64,000 nucleotides of DNA from Escherichia coli (GTDB lineage Bacteria > Pseudomonadota > Gammaproteobacteria > Enterobacterales > Enterobacteriaceae). The stretch lies in the NCBI RefSeq assembly GCF_003018115.1, contig NZ_CP027457.1; one strand, written 5' to 3'. The first letter of the stretch is position 1, and each line of letters begins with the position of its first letter. The position numbers and the translations under genes are program-made. This document shows, piece by piece, positions 9,673 through 20,185 of the stretch. The notes below the pieces were generated by a model, which was not told the DNA's origin, made no database searches, and saw only the letters and a list, made by a program, of their open reading frames with translations.

Positions 9673-10104
9673 TTATTTAACGGGGGAAATATGCAACTCG
9701 TCGTAACCAGAAAGCGCGCAAGGTTGGCGGCTAAACGCCAGTTCCTCAAGGCTACCGATCACCAGTTCAAGCGTGGTCCGCACGGTACAGCCGGGCATCA
9801 TATGACCGCCAAGCATCGTGCCGTGTGGATCGGAAACGCAGAGATGAAGATGCTCACCACTCTGTTCCAACGTGCCGTTTAGTGAGATCACTTCGAATGT
9901 ACCGTTCAGGAGCGTGGTGCCTTCTTGCCCGGCATAGCGCAAGGCGATGTCAGTCAGGCTACCGGTACAGCCTGCAATCCAGGCGGCATGAAGTTGCTGC
10001 TGCTGTGCAAAAGCGTGTAGCTGGGAAAAAACTTCCTGCCCGGGGAGGAGGCGCAGTGCGTAAAAGCGTGCGGAGGAAGAATATGGGTAGGGCAATGTCA
10101 TCAT
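9673..10104 (-). CDS. PPC-domain (DUF296) protein, function unknown (143 aa); first gene of the transporter operon
   Basis: 143-aa soluble protein with a His/Cys-rich stretch (HLHLCVSDPHGTMLGGHMMPGC) that I recognise as PPC/DUF296-like; GGAG SD upstream of ATG at 10104. Confidence 0.6.
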   Translation of the reverse strand: MMTLPYPYSSSARFYALRLLPGQEVFSQLHAFAQQQQLHAAWIAGCTGSLTDIALRYAGQEGTTLLNGTFEVISLNGTLEQSGEHLHLCVSDPHGTMLGGHMMPGCTVRTTLELVIGSLEELAFSRQPCALSGYDELHISPVK

Positions 10105-10475
10105 TGGAGTACTCCGAAACTCGGACGTATTGCGGATAATATCGACGCTGCATCAGTCATATTCTGATATAAGTCAGGGTTTGTGACGGCACAACGAAAA
10201 GATTTTGCTACGCTTATTCGTGATTCTGCAAAGTGGAATAAATTCCACAGGGGCGGGGCTGAAAACGTGACGTAAGTCAGATATTTGTTTTCTTTGACTG
10301 GACAATCATTCCTTTTATTCCACGTTTCGCTTATCCTAGCTGAAGCGTTTCAGTCGATTAAATGTTCGACAATTAACCAATCAGTCGCAGTTTGCGACAG
10401 GTAAGGTTTCCCCGGACGATTTGCTGGATTACTCTGTCTGGCAAATTTGCTCAGGGAAAACCTTGCAGGAGATCT

Positions 10476-11495
10476 ATGACCGTACGCGTAGCGATAAATG
10501 GCTTCGGTCGCATCGGGCGTAATGTGGTTCGTGCTTTGTATGAATCCGGACGCCGGGCGGAAATTACCGTGGTGGCAATCAACGAACTGGCGGATGCTGC
10601 GGGCATGGCGCATTTGTTGAAATATGACACCAGCCATGGCCGTTTTGCATGGGAAGTACGACAGGAACGCGATCAACTTTTTGTTGGTGATGACGCCATC
10701 CGCGTATTGCATGAACGTTCACTGCAATCGCTCCCCTGGCGTGAACTTGGCGTTGATGTAGTCCTCGACTGCACCGGCGTATATGGCTCCCGCGAGCATG
10801 GCGAAGCGCATATTGCCGCCGGGGCCAAAAAAGTGCTCTTTTCACATCCTGGCAGTAACGATCTCGACGCGACCGTTGTTTACGGCGTCAATCAGGATCA
10901 ACTTCGTGCGGAACACCGCATCGTTTCTAACGCTTCCTGTACCACGAATTGCATAATTCCCGTCATCAAATTGTTAGATGATGCGTACGGTATTGAGTCC
11001 GGCACTGTGACCACAATTCACTCCGCCATGCACGATCAACAGGTTATTGATGCATACCATCCTGACCTGCGTCGCACCCGGGCAGCCAGCCAGTCGATCA
11101 TTCCGGTCGATACTAAACTGGCCGCCGGTATCACACGATTTTTTCCGCAATTTAACGATCGCTTTGAAGCGATTGCGGTACGTGTGCCAACCATAAATGT
11201 GACGGCAATCGATTTAAGCGTGACGGTGAAGAAACCTGTAAAAGCCAATGAAGTCAACCTGTTGCTGCAAAAAGCAGCACAAGGTGCATTTCATGGTATA
11301 GTTGACTATACGGAATTGCCGTTGGTCTCTGTAGATTTTAACCACGATCCGCACAGTGCCATTGTCGATGGCACCCAAACCCGGGTCAGTGGCGCACACC
11401 TGATCAAAACGTTGGTCTGGTGCGATAACGAATGGGGCTTTGCTAACCGAATGCTCGACACGACGTTAGCTATGGCTACTGTTGCTTTCAGGTAA
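10476..11495 (+). CDS. epd: D-erythrose-4-phosphate dehydrogenase (339 aa)
   Basis: [16 protein letters not shown]-terminus and GAPDH-family fold with catalytic SNASCTTNC; true ATG at 10476 inside the longer TTG-initiated ORF. Confidence 0.95.
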
Positions 11496-11544
11496 GACGC
11501 AAGCAGCGTCTGCAAAACTTTTAGAATCAACGAGAGGATTCACC

Positions 11545-12708
11545 ATGTCTGTAAATAAGATGACCGATCTGGATCTTGCTGGGAAACGTGTATTTATCCG
11601 TGCGGATCTGAACGTACCAGTAAAAGACGGGAAAGTAACCAGCGACGCGCGTATCCGTGCTTCTCTGCCGACCATCGAACTGGCCCTGAAACAAGGCGCA
11701 AAAGTGATGGTAACTTCCCACCTGGGTCGTCCTACCGAAGGCGAGTACAACGAAGAATTCTCTCTGCTGCCGGTTGTTAACTACCTGAAAGACAAACTGT
11801 CTAACCCGGTTCGTCTGGTTAAAGATTACCTCGACGGCGTTGACGTTGCTGAAGGTGAACTGGTTGTTCTGGAAAACGTTCGCTTCAACAAAGGCGAGAA
11901 GAAAGACGACGAAACCCTGTCCAAAAAATACGCTGCACTGTGTGACGTGTTCGTAATGGACGCATTCGGTACTGCTCACCGCGCGCAGGCTTCTACTCAC
12001 GGTATCGGTAAATTCGCTGACGTTGCATGCGCAGGCCCGCTGCTGGCAGCTGAACTGGACGCGCTGGGTAAAGCACTGAAAGAACCTGCTCGCCCGATGG
12101 TGGCTATCGTTGGTGGTTCTAAAGTATCTACCAAACTGACCGTTCTGGACTCCCTGTCTAAAATCGCTGACCAGCTGATTGTTGGTGGTGGTATCGCTAA
12201 CACCTTTATCGCGGCACAAGGCCACGATGTGGGTAAATCCCTGTACGAAGCTGACCTGGTTGACGAAGCTAAACGTCTGCTGACCACCTGCAACATCCCG
12301 GTTCCGTCTGATGTTCGCGTAGCAACCGAGTTCTCTGAAACTGCACCGGCTACCCTGAAATCTGTTAACGATGTGAAAGCTGACGAGCAGATCCTGGATA
12401 TCGGTGATGCTTCCGCTCAGGAACTGGCTGAAATCCTGAAGAATGCGAAAACCATTCTGTGGAACGGTCCGGTTGGCGTGTTCGAATTCCCGAACTTCCG
12501 CAAAGGTACTGAAATCGTGGCTAACGCTATCGCAGACAGCGAAGCGTTCTCCATCGCTGGCGGCGGCGACACTCTGGCAGCAATCGACCTGTTCGGCATT
12601 GCTGACAAAATCTCCTACATCTCCACTGGCGGCGGCGCATTCCTCGAATTCGTGGAAGGTAAAGTACTGCCTGCAGTAGCGATGCTCGAAGAGCGCGCTA
12701 AGAAGTAA
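11545..12708 (+). CDS. pgk: phosphoglycerate kinase (387 aa)
   Basis: [26 protein letters not shown]-terminus; ATG 11545 with GAGAGGA SD. Confidence 0.95.
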   Translation: MSVNKMTDLDLAGKRVFIRADLNVPVKDGKVTSDARIRASLPTIELALKQGAKVMVTSHLGRPTEGEYNEEFSLLPVVNYLKDKLSNPVRLVKDYLDGVDVAEGELVVLENVRFNKGEKKDDETLSKKYAALCDVFVMDAFGTAHRAQASTHGIGKFADVACAGPLLAAELDALGKALKEPARPMVAIVGGSKVSTKLTVLDSLSKIADQLIVGGGIANTFIAAQGHDVGKSLYEADLVDEAKRLLTTCNIPVPSDVRVATEFSETAPATLKSVNDVKADEQILDIGDASAQELAEILKNAKTILWNGPVGVFEFPNFRKGTEIVANAIADSEAFSIAGGGDTLAAIDLFGIADKISYISTGGGAFLEFVEGKVLPAVAMLEERAKK

Positions 12709-12716
12709 AAAATCAC

Positions 12717-12745
12717 AGGGCAGGGAAACCTGCCCTTGTTTCAGC
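12717..12745 (+). terminator. stem-loop between pgk and fbaA; likely partial terminator or processing site
   Basis: 8-bp stem agggcagg/cctgccct with GAAA loop followed by a T-rich stretch. Confidence 0.45.
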
Positions 12746-12922
12746 GCGCTTTTAGAGCACGCATTTTTTCATACTCTAAATAATTCGAGTTGCAGGAAGG
12801 CGACAAGAGAGTGAATCCCCAGGAGCTTACATAAGTAAGTGACTGGGGTGAGCGAACGCAGACGCAGCACATGCAACTTGAAGTATGACGAGTATAAGGC
12901 CCGACGATACAGGACAAGAGAC

Positions 12923-14002
12923 ATGTCTAAGATTTTTGATTTCGTAAAACCTGGCGTAATCACTGGTGATGACGTACAGAAAGTTTTCCAGGTAGCAAAA
13001 GAAAACAACTTCGCACTGCCAGCAGTAAACTGCGTCGGTACTGACTCCATCAACGCCGTACTGGAAACCGCTGCTAAAGTTAAAGCGCCGGTTATCGTTC
13101 AGTTCTCCAACGGTGGTGCTTCCTTTATCGCTGGTAAAGGCGTGAAATCTGACGTTCCGCAGGGTGCTGCTATCCTGGGCGCGATCTCTGGTGCGCATCA
13201 CGTTCACCAGATGGCTGAACATTATGGTGTTCCGGTTATCCTGCACACTGACCACTGCGCGAAGAAACTGCTGCCGTGGATCGACGGTCTGCTGGACGCG
13301 GGTGAAAAACACTTCGCTGCTACCGGCAAGCCGCTGTTCTCTTCTCACATGATCGACCTGTCTGAAGAATCTCTGCAAGAGAACATCGAAATCTGCTCTA
13401 AATACCTGGAGCGCATGTCCAAAATCGGCATGACTCTGGAAATCGAACTGGGTTGCACCGGTGGTGAAGAAGACGGCGTGGACAACAGCCACATGGACGC
13501 TTCTGCACTGTACACCCAGCCGGAAGACGTTGATTACGCATACACCGAGCTGAGCAAAATCAGCCCGCGTTTCACCATCGCAGCGTCCTTCGGTAACGTA
13601 CACGGTGTTTACAAGCCGGGTAACGTTGTTCTGACTCCGACCATCCTGCGTGATTCTCAGGAATATGTTTCTAAGAAACACAACCTGCCGCACAACAGCC
13701 TGAACTTCGTATTCCACGGTGGTTCCGGTTCTACTGCTCAGGAAATCAAAGACTCCGTAAGCTACGGCGTAGTGAAAATGAACATCGATACCGATACCCA
13801 ATGGGCAACCTGGGAAGGCGTTCTGAACTACTACAAAGCGAACGAAGCTTATCTGCAGGGTCAGCTGGGTAACCCGAAAGGCGAAGATCAGCCGAACAAG
13901 AAATACTACGATCCGCGCGTATGGCTGCGTGCCGGTCAGACTTCGATGATCGCTCGTCTGGAAAAAGCATTCCAGGAACTGAACGCGATCGACGTTCTGT
14001 AA
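12923..14002 (+). CDS. fbaA: fructose-bisphosphate aldolase class II (359 aa)
   Basis: MSKIFDFVKPGVITGDD N-terminus; ATG at 12923. Confidence 0.95.
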   Translation: MSKIFDFVKPGVITGDDVQKVFQVAKENNFALPAVNCVGTDSINAVLETAAKVKAPVIVQFSNGGASFIAGKGVKSDVPQGAAILGAISGAHHVHQMAEHYGVPVILHTDHCAKKLLPWIDGLLDAGEKHFAATGKPLFSSHMIDLSEESLQENIEICSKYLERMSKIGMTLEIELGCTGGEEDGVDNSHMDASALYTQPEDVDYAYTELSKISPRFTIAASFGNVHGVYKPGNVVLTPTILRDSQEYVSKKHNLPHNSLNFVFHGGSGSTAQEIKDSVSYGVVKMNIDTDTQWATWEGVLNYYKANEAYLQGQLGNPKGEDQPNKKYYDPRVWLRAGQTSMIARLEKAFQELNAIDVL

Positions 14003-14026
14003 GTCATTCCTTTCTGCTTATCTCAA

Positions 14027-14052
14027 GGCCCGCTCTGCGGGTCTTTTTTTTG
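14027..14052 (+). terminator. intrinsic terminator after fbaA
   Basis: cccgc-tct-gcggg hairpin followed by an 8-T run. Confidence 0.7.
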
Positions 14053-14066
14053 CCAAAAGAAAAATT

Positions 14067-14167
14067 GCCTGATGCGCTACGCTTATCAGGCCTACACGTA
14101 TCCTGCAATATATTGAATTAGCAGGTTTTTGTAGGCCGGATAAGGCGTTCACGCCGCATCCGGCATG
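14067..14167. repeat. BIME: two REP palindromic units in inverted orientation
   Basis: gcctgatgcgctacgcttatcaggcctac and gtaggccggataaggcgttcacgccgcatccggcatg match the REP consensus. Confidence 0.8.
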
Positions 14168-14194
14168 ACAAAGCGCACATTGATATCTGTCTGA

Positions 14195-14219
14195 GCCCCG
14201 CTCTGCGGGTCTTTTTTTC
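14195..14219 (+). terminator. second copy of the fbaA-type terminator hairpin, direct repeat of 14027..14052
   Basis: ccccgctctgcggg hairpin plus T-run, nearly identical to the first copy. Confidence 0.6.
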
Positions 14220-14360
14220 GCCAAAAGCAAGGTGATACAGATGAGAAATCTGTGATCTATTTGGCAAAATTATGCTTTATTGTTTACCCTTGTCAGACTG
14301 CCCGTCATAAGGCGGCGGAGTGTATTTCTCCATTTTGAGTCAGTTGAAAAGGAATATTGA

Positions 14361-15221
<861 letters not shown>

Positions 15222-15229
15222 TCAACGCT

Positions 15230-15272
15230 GAGGCCAGATAATACTCTCTGGCCTCTCTCTTATTATTTTTTC
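15230..15272 (+). terminator. intrinsic terminator after mscS
   Basis: gaggccaga/tctggcctc stem followed by a T-rich tail. Confidence 0.65.
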
Positions 15273-15359
15273 TGATTGCCAATTAATATTATCAATTTCC
15301 GCTAATAACAATCCCGCGATATAGTCTCTGCATCAGATACTTAATTCGGAATACCAAAC

Positions 15360-15995
15360 GTGTTTTCTTATTACTTTCAAGGTCTTGCACTTGGCGCAGC
15401 TATGATCCTACCGCTCGGTCCACAAAATGCTTTTGTGATGAATCAGGGCATTCGTCGTCAGTACCACATTATGATTGCCTTACTTTGCGCTATCAGCGAT
15501 TTGGTCCTGATTTGCGCCGGGATTTTTGGTGGCAGCGCGTTATTGATGCAGTCGCCGTGGTTGCTGGCGCTGGTCACCTGGGGCGGCGTAGCCTTCTTGC
15601 TCTGGTATGGTTTTGGCGCTTTTAAAACAGCGATGAGCAGTAATATTGAGTTAGCCAGTGCCGAAGTCCTGAAGCAAGGCAGATGGAAAATTATCGCCAC
15701 CATGCTGGCAGTGACCTGGCTGAATCCGCATGTTTACCTGGATACTTTTGTTGTACTGGGCAGCCTTGGCGGGCAGCTTGACGTTGAACCAAAACGTTGG
15801 TTTGCGCTCGGGACAATTAGCGCCTCTTTCCTGTGGTTCTTTGGTCTGGCTATTCTCGCAGCCTGGCTGGCACCGCGCCTGCGCACGGCAAAATCACAGC
15901 GCATTATCAATCTGGTAGTGGGATGTGTCATGTGGTTTATAGCCTTGCAGCTGGCGAGAGACGGTATTGCTCATGCACAAGCCTTGTTCAGTTAG
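15360..15995 (+). CDS. argO: arginine exporter, LysE family (211 aa)
   Basis: GTG start; [24 protein letters not shown]-terminus. Confidence 0.9.
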
Positions 15996-16087
15996 GCGCT
16001 ATCTGATGGAAAAATAAAACAGAGGCGCTAAGCTTGCCTCCAGAGGTCCTGAATTTTGGGCAAGTCAATTAACACGGAGAGACTAAC

Positions 16088-16828
16088 GTGAAGTTCAAAG
16101 TTATCGCCCTGGCGGCATTAATGGGTATTAGCGGGATGGCAGCGCAGGCTAACGAATTGCCGGATGGACCGCATATTGTCACCTCCGGTACGGCAAGTGT
16201 GGATGCGGTGCCAGACATTGCCACTCTTGCGATTGAAGTTAACGTGGCCGCGAAGGATGCCGCTACAGCCAAGAAACAGGCAGATGAGCGCGTCGCACAA
16301 TACATTTCCTTCCTTGAACTCAATCAGATCGCGAAAAAAGATATCAGCTCAGCGAATTTACGCACCCAGCCAGATTATGATTATCAGGATGGTAAAAGTA
16401 TCCTTAAAGGCTACCGCGCTGTGAGAACGGTGGAAGTCACGCTCCGTCAGTTAGACAAACTGAATTCCTTGCTGGATGGCGCGCTGAAGGCGGGTCTTAA
16501 CGAAATTCGTTCTGTGTCGCTGGGCGTGGCGCAGCCGGATGCCTATAAAGACAAAGCGCGTAAGGCAGCGATTGATAACGCGATTCATCAGGCGCAGGAA
16601 CTGGCGAACGGCTTTCATCGTAAACTGGGGCCGGTATATAGCGTGCGCTACCATGTTTCCAACTATCAGCCCAGCCCAATGGTGCGGATGATGAAAGCCG
16701 ATGCCGCGCCGGTGTCCGCCCAGGAAACTTACGAGCAGGCCGCTATTCAGTTTGATGATCAGGTCGATGTGGTCTTCCAGTTAGAACCTGTGGATCAACA
16801 ACCCGCTAAAACACCTGCAGCACAATAA
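16088..16828 (+). CDS. yggE: DUF541/SIMPL-family periplasmic protein (246 aa)
   Basis: GTG start; N-terminal signal peptide MKFKVIALAALMGISGMAAQA. Confidence 0.85.
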   Translation: MKFKVIALAALMGISGMAAQANELPDGPHIVTSGTASVDAVPDIATLAIEVNVAAKDAATAKKQADERVAQYISFLELNQIAKKDISSANLRTQPDYDYQDGKSILKGYRAVRTVEVTLRQLDKLNSLLDGALKAGLNEIRSVSLGVAQPDAYKDKARKAAIDNAIHQAQELANGFHRKLGPVYSVRYHVSNYQPSPMVRMMKADAAPVSAQETYEQAAIQFDDQVDVVFQLEPVDQQPAKTPAAQ

Positions 16829-16834
16829 TACTTG

Positions 16835-16858
16835 TAGCCCGACGTATTCGTCGGGCTA
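16835..16858 (+). terminator. hairpin after yggE
   Basis: agcccgacg/cgtcgggct stem; weak T tail. Confidence 0.45.
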
Positions 16859-16994
16859 ATGCCTTTACCCGATATTGCCTCCTTTTTCTGTAATTTTCTG
16901 TAAAACCATGACGTAATCACCTATCTTTGCTCGCGGTTTCATCAAGGATAGGCTGACTGAAACGGTTAAGCGGACAAGGATGCGGGGGAGGGGG

Positions 16995-17891
16995 ATGGAC
17001 ATTTTTATTTCGAAAAAGATGCGCAATTTCATTTTATTAGCGCAAACCAATAATATTGCCCGGGCGGCAGAAAAAATCCATATGACGGCTTCGCCATTTG
17101 GTAAAAGCATTGCCGCGCTGGAAGAACAAATTGGCTATACGCTATTTACCCGCAAAGATAATAATATCAGCCTCAATAAAGCCGGACAGGAACTGTATCA
17201 AAAACTGTTCCCGGTTTATCAACGGCTTTCTGCGATTGATAATGAAATCCATAACTCAGGGCGTCGTTCACGAGAAATTGTGATTGGCATAGATAATACT
17301 TATCCGACAATTATTTTCGATCAGTTGATTAGTCTCGGAGATAAGTATGAAGGCGTGACCGCCCAGCCAGTTGAGTTCAGCGAAAACGGCGTTATCGATA
17401 ATCTTTTTGACCGCCAGTTAGATTTTATTATCTCCCCACAGCATGTATCTGCACGAGTTCAGGAACTGGAAAACCTGACTATCAGTGAACTACCACCGCT
17501 GCGATTAGGCTTTCTCGTTTCTCGCCGTTATGAAGAGCGTCAAGAGCAAGAGCTGCTTCAGGAGCTGCCCTGGCTACAAATGCGCTTTCAGAACCGGGCC
17601 AACTTCGAAGCAATGATTGATGCGAATATGCGACCTTGTGGGATCAATCCAACCATTATTTATCGTCCCTACAGTTTTATGGCCAAAATCAGCGCCGTGG
17701 AGCGCGGACATTTTCTGACGGTGATCCCGCATTTTGCCTGGCGACTGGTGAATCCGGCAACGCTGAAATATTTTGATGCGCCGCACAGGCCGATGTATAT
17801 GCAGGAATATCTTTATTCAATCAGAAATCATCGTTATACCGCCACGATGCTTCAGCATATTGCTGAAGATCGTGACGGGACGAGTCATTAA
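16995..17891 (+). CDS. ygfI: LysR-family transcriptional regulator (298 aa from ATG 16995; alternative ATG at 16980)
   Basis: N-terminal HTH followed by a LysR substrate-binding domain; G-rich SD before the 16995 ATG. Confidence 0.8.
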   Translation: MDIFISKKMRNFILLAQTNNIARAAEKIHMTASPFGKSIAALEEQIGYTLFTRKDNNISLNKAGQELYQKLFPVYQRLSAIDNEIHNSGRRSREIVIGIDNTYPTIIFDQLISLGDKYEGVTAQPVEFSENGVIDNLFDRQLDFIISPQHVSARVQELENLTISELPPLRLGFLVSRRYEERQEQELLQELPWLQMRFQNRANFEAMIDANMRPCGINPTIIYRPYSFMAKISAVERGHFLTVIPHFAWRLVNPATLKYFDAPHRPMYMQEYLYSIRNHRYTATMLQHIAEDRDGTSH

Positions 17892-19366
17892 CCCAGCATC
17901 GAGCCGGTTGCTATTAAATTACGGTGTAAGTCGAAGACGTGGCTAAGATCGTGGTGAATATGTCCGCCAGGCGCATTTTCCAGATAGCGATGCAGATAAT
18001 CCCGATACATAGGATGTGCACAATTATCAATGATAGTGCGGGCGCGTTGAAGCGGGGAAAGACCGCGCAGATCGGCGATCCCTTGTTCAGTGATGATCAC
18101 TTTGACGCTGTGTTCGCTGTGATCAACATGGCTGCACATTGGCACGACGGTTGAGATCTTGCCTTCTTTAGCAATCGACGGGGCCATAAAGATCGACAGA
18201 TACGCGTTGCGTTCAAAATCACCGCTGCCGCCGATGCCGTTCATCAGATCGACCCCGGCTACGTGCGTTGAGTTGGCATGCCCGTAAATATCAAACTCCA
18301 GGCCGACGTTCAGAGCGATGACGCCCAGACGACGGATGATTTCCGGGTTATTGGAAATCTCCTGCGGACGCAACACAATGCGGCTGGCAAAGTAATCCAT
18401 ATTGTCGTAAATCTTGCGCAGGGAATCGGCCGAGATTGTCAGGCTGGAGGCGCTGGCCCCGCTGATTTTGCCGGTTTCCAGTAAATGCACCACCGATTCC
18501 TGTAGCACTTCCGAATACATCATAAACGGAGGAATTTCCGGGTTTTCCCCCAGACGCGCCATTACCGCATTATTGATATTGCCCACGCCACTTTGCAGCG
18601 GCAGAAATTCCGGCGGAATACGCCCATGCGCCATTTCCTGCAACAAGAACGTGACCACGTTATCGGCAATCTGCTGGCACATGGGATTTTGCTTATCCAG
18701 CATATTACCGGCGTCGGGCAAGTTGGTTTCCACGACGGCGACAATCTTTTTCGGATCGATTTGCACATAGCGGGTACCGACGCGATCCATTGCATGGAAG
18801 ATCGACACGCTATTGCGCCGCGGTGGCGCGCCAGGAATCACAATATCTGCCAGTTCTGCAACGCGCGGATCGTGATAGTGATTAAGTTCAATGATCACTT
18901 TCTTCGCTCGCAGCAGCCAGGTCGGCGCATTACCGATCCCGCTGGTTAACCAGACTCGACCATCTGGTGCCAGTGCCGATGCTTCAATGACGGCAACATC
19001 AATGTCGCCGAAGAAACCGTAATTGACCATTTGCGCCACTTCGCTCAAATGCAGGTCAACGAAACTCACCGCGCCCTGATTGATCTTTTTACGTAAACCG
19101 GACGATGTTTGATATGGCGCACGCCAGGAAACAGCATCGGCGTCAGAAAGTACATCGTCAGCGGCGGCGCTGATTGACGCCCCCGTCAGCAGGCGAATTT
19201 GATACGGCTTTTTGGCCTCATGCTGTTCGTTAGCTCTGCGGGCAATCGCGGTGGGTAGGGCTTTCGGCGAACCCGCTGGGGTAAAACCGCTAAATGCCAC
19301 CATGTCGTTATGCTGGATAATTTCTGCCGCTTCATCGGCGGTCATCCTTGTCCACTGAGTTTCCAT
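17888..19366 (-). CDS. scpC: propionyl-CoA:succinate CoA transferase (492 aa)
   Basis: METQWTRMTADEAAEIIQHNDMVAFSGF N-terminus; acetyl-CoA hydrolase/transferase family. Confidence 0.9.
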   Translation of the reverse strand: METQWTRMTADEAAEIIQHNDMVAFSGFTPAGSPKALPTAIARRANEQHEAKKPYQIRLLTGASISAAADDVLSDADAVSWRAPYQTSSGLRKKINQGAVSFVDLHLSEVAQMVNYGFFGDIDVAVIEASALAPDGRVWLTSGIGNAPTWLLRAKKVIIELNHYHDPRVAELADIVIPGAPPRRNSVSIFHAMDRVGTRYVQIDPKKIVAVVETNLPDAGNMLDKQNPMCQQIADNVVTFLLQEMAHGRIPPEFLPLQSGVGNINNAVMARLGENPEIPPFMMYSEVLQESVVHLLETGKISGASASSLTISADSLRKIYDNMDYFASRIVLRPQEISNNPEIIRRLGVIALNVGLEFDIYGHANSTHVAGVDLMNGIGGSGDFERNAYLSIFMAPSIAKEGKISTVVPMCSHVDHSEHSVKVIITEQGIADLRGLSPLQRARTIIDNCAHPMYRDYLHRYLENAPGGHIHHDLSHVFDLHRNLIATGSMLG

Positions 19367-19389
19367 TTTTACTCCTTCGTTCGCAGGGA

Positions 19390-20175
19390 TTAATGACCAA
19401 CGAAATTAGGTTTACGTTTTTCGAGGAAAGCGTTCATCCCTTCCTGGTAATCTTCGCTGTCATAAACCGCGCGGCGCATCCCCTGAATACGTTCAAATTC
19501 ATCGGAGTTCATGGTGTGTGCTTCGCCCAGTACACGCAGCTCTTCTTTGATAACGGCAATGGCTAACGGCGCTTTCTCAGAGATGTGGTGCGCCATTTGT
19601 AAGGTGAAATCTTCCAGTTCTTCCACTTCCACAACATGGTTGAGGATGCCGACAGCCAGCGCGCGCTGGGCGGTGATTGGCGAAGCGGTAAAAATCAGCT
19701 CTTTGACAATGTGGAAGCCCGCGTCGCGGGTCAGGTTGTGAATGCCGACCAGGTTATACGGGACGCCGAGGTTTACAGGCGTCATTGAGAAGGTTGAGGT
19801 ACTGGCGGCGATGATCAGATCGGAACTCATGATCATTTCAAATGCGCCACCCCAAACACTACCTTCCACCATCGAAATGATCGGTTTCGGGAATTTTTGG
19901 ATCATGCGGGTGATTTGACGCAACGGATCATCATAGGAGAGCGGATCGCGACCGCCAGACGGCAGTTCGTGAATATCGTGACCTGCGGAGAAGACTTTGG
20001 ATCCACTCGGCGCGCGCAAAATGATACAGCGAATTTCCGGCCGGTTGAGATCGCTTAACGCCTGCATAAGATCATCAATAAAGACTTTACTTAAGGCATT
20101 AAGTTTTCGGCCATAGTTAAACTCAATGACCGCCACTTTGTTGATAGTGGCAACGTTCACATACTGATAAGACAT
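19390..20175 (-). CDS. scpB: methylmalonyl-CoA decarboxylase, crotonase family (261 aa)
   Basis: MSYQYVNVATINKVAVIEFNYGRKLNAL N-terminus; enoyl-CoA hydratase fold. Confidence 0.9.
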   Translation of the reverse strand: MSYQYVNVATINKVAVIEFNYGRKLNALSKVFIDDLMQALSDLNRPEIRCIILRAPSGSKVFSAGHDIHELPSGGRDPLSYDDPLRQITRMIQKFPKPIISMVEGSVWGGAFEMIMSSDLIIAASTSTFSMTPVNLGVPYNLVGIHNLTRDAGFHIVKELIFTASPITAQRALAVGILNHVVEVEELEDFTLQMAHHISEKAPLAIAVIKEELRVLGEAHTMNSDEFERIQGMRRAVYDSEDYQEGMNAFLEKRKPNFVGH

Positions 20176-20185
20176 AAAAATTCCT

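Noticed and set aside
9650-9749. N-terminal extension of the S-component ORF (TTG at 9749) overlapping the PPC gene
   Set aside because: The extension has no SD and would overlap the upstream gene by 77 nt; the ATG at 9650 has a good SD and gives a typical S-component length.
11527-13801. Long antisense ORFs inside pgk and fbaA (track ORFs 11527..12225 minus and 12827..13801 minus)
   Set aside because: They lie opposite well-supported highly expressed genes and have Cys/Phe/Val-rich low-complexity translations; typical shadow ORFs.
14018-14230. ORF with an internal repeat (LAKKRPAERG ... LLAKKRPAERAL)
   Set aside because: It is the translation of the duplicated terminator hairpins and REP units downstream of fbaA, not a gene.
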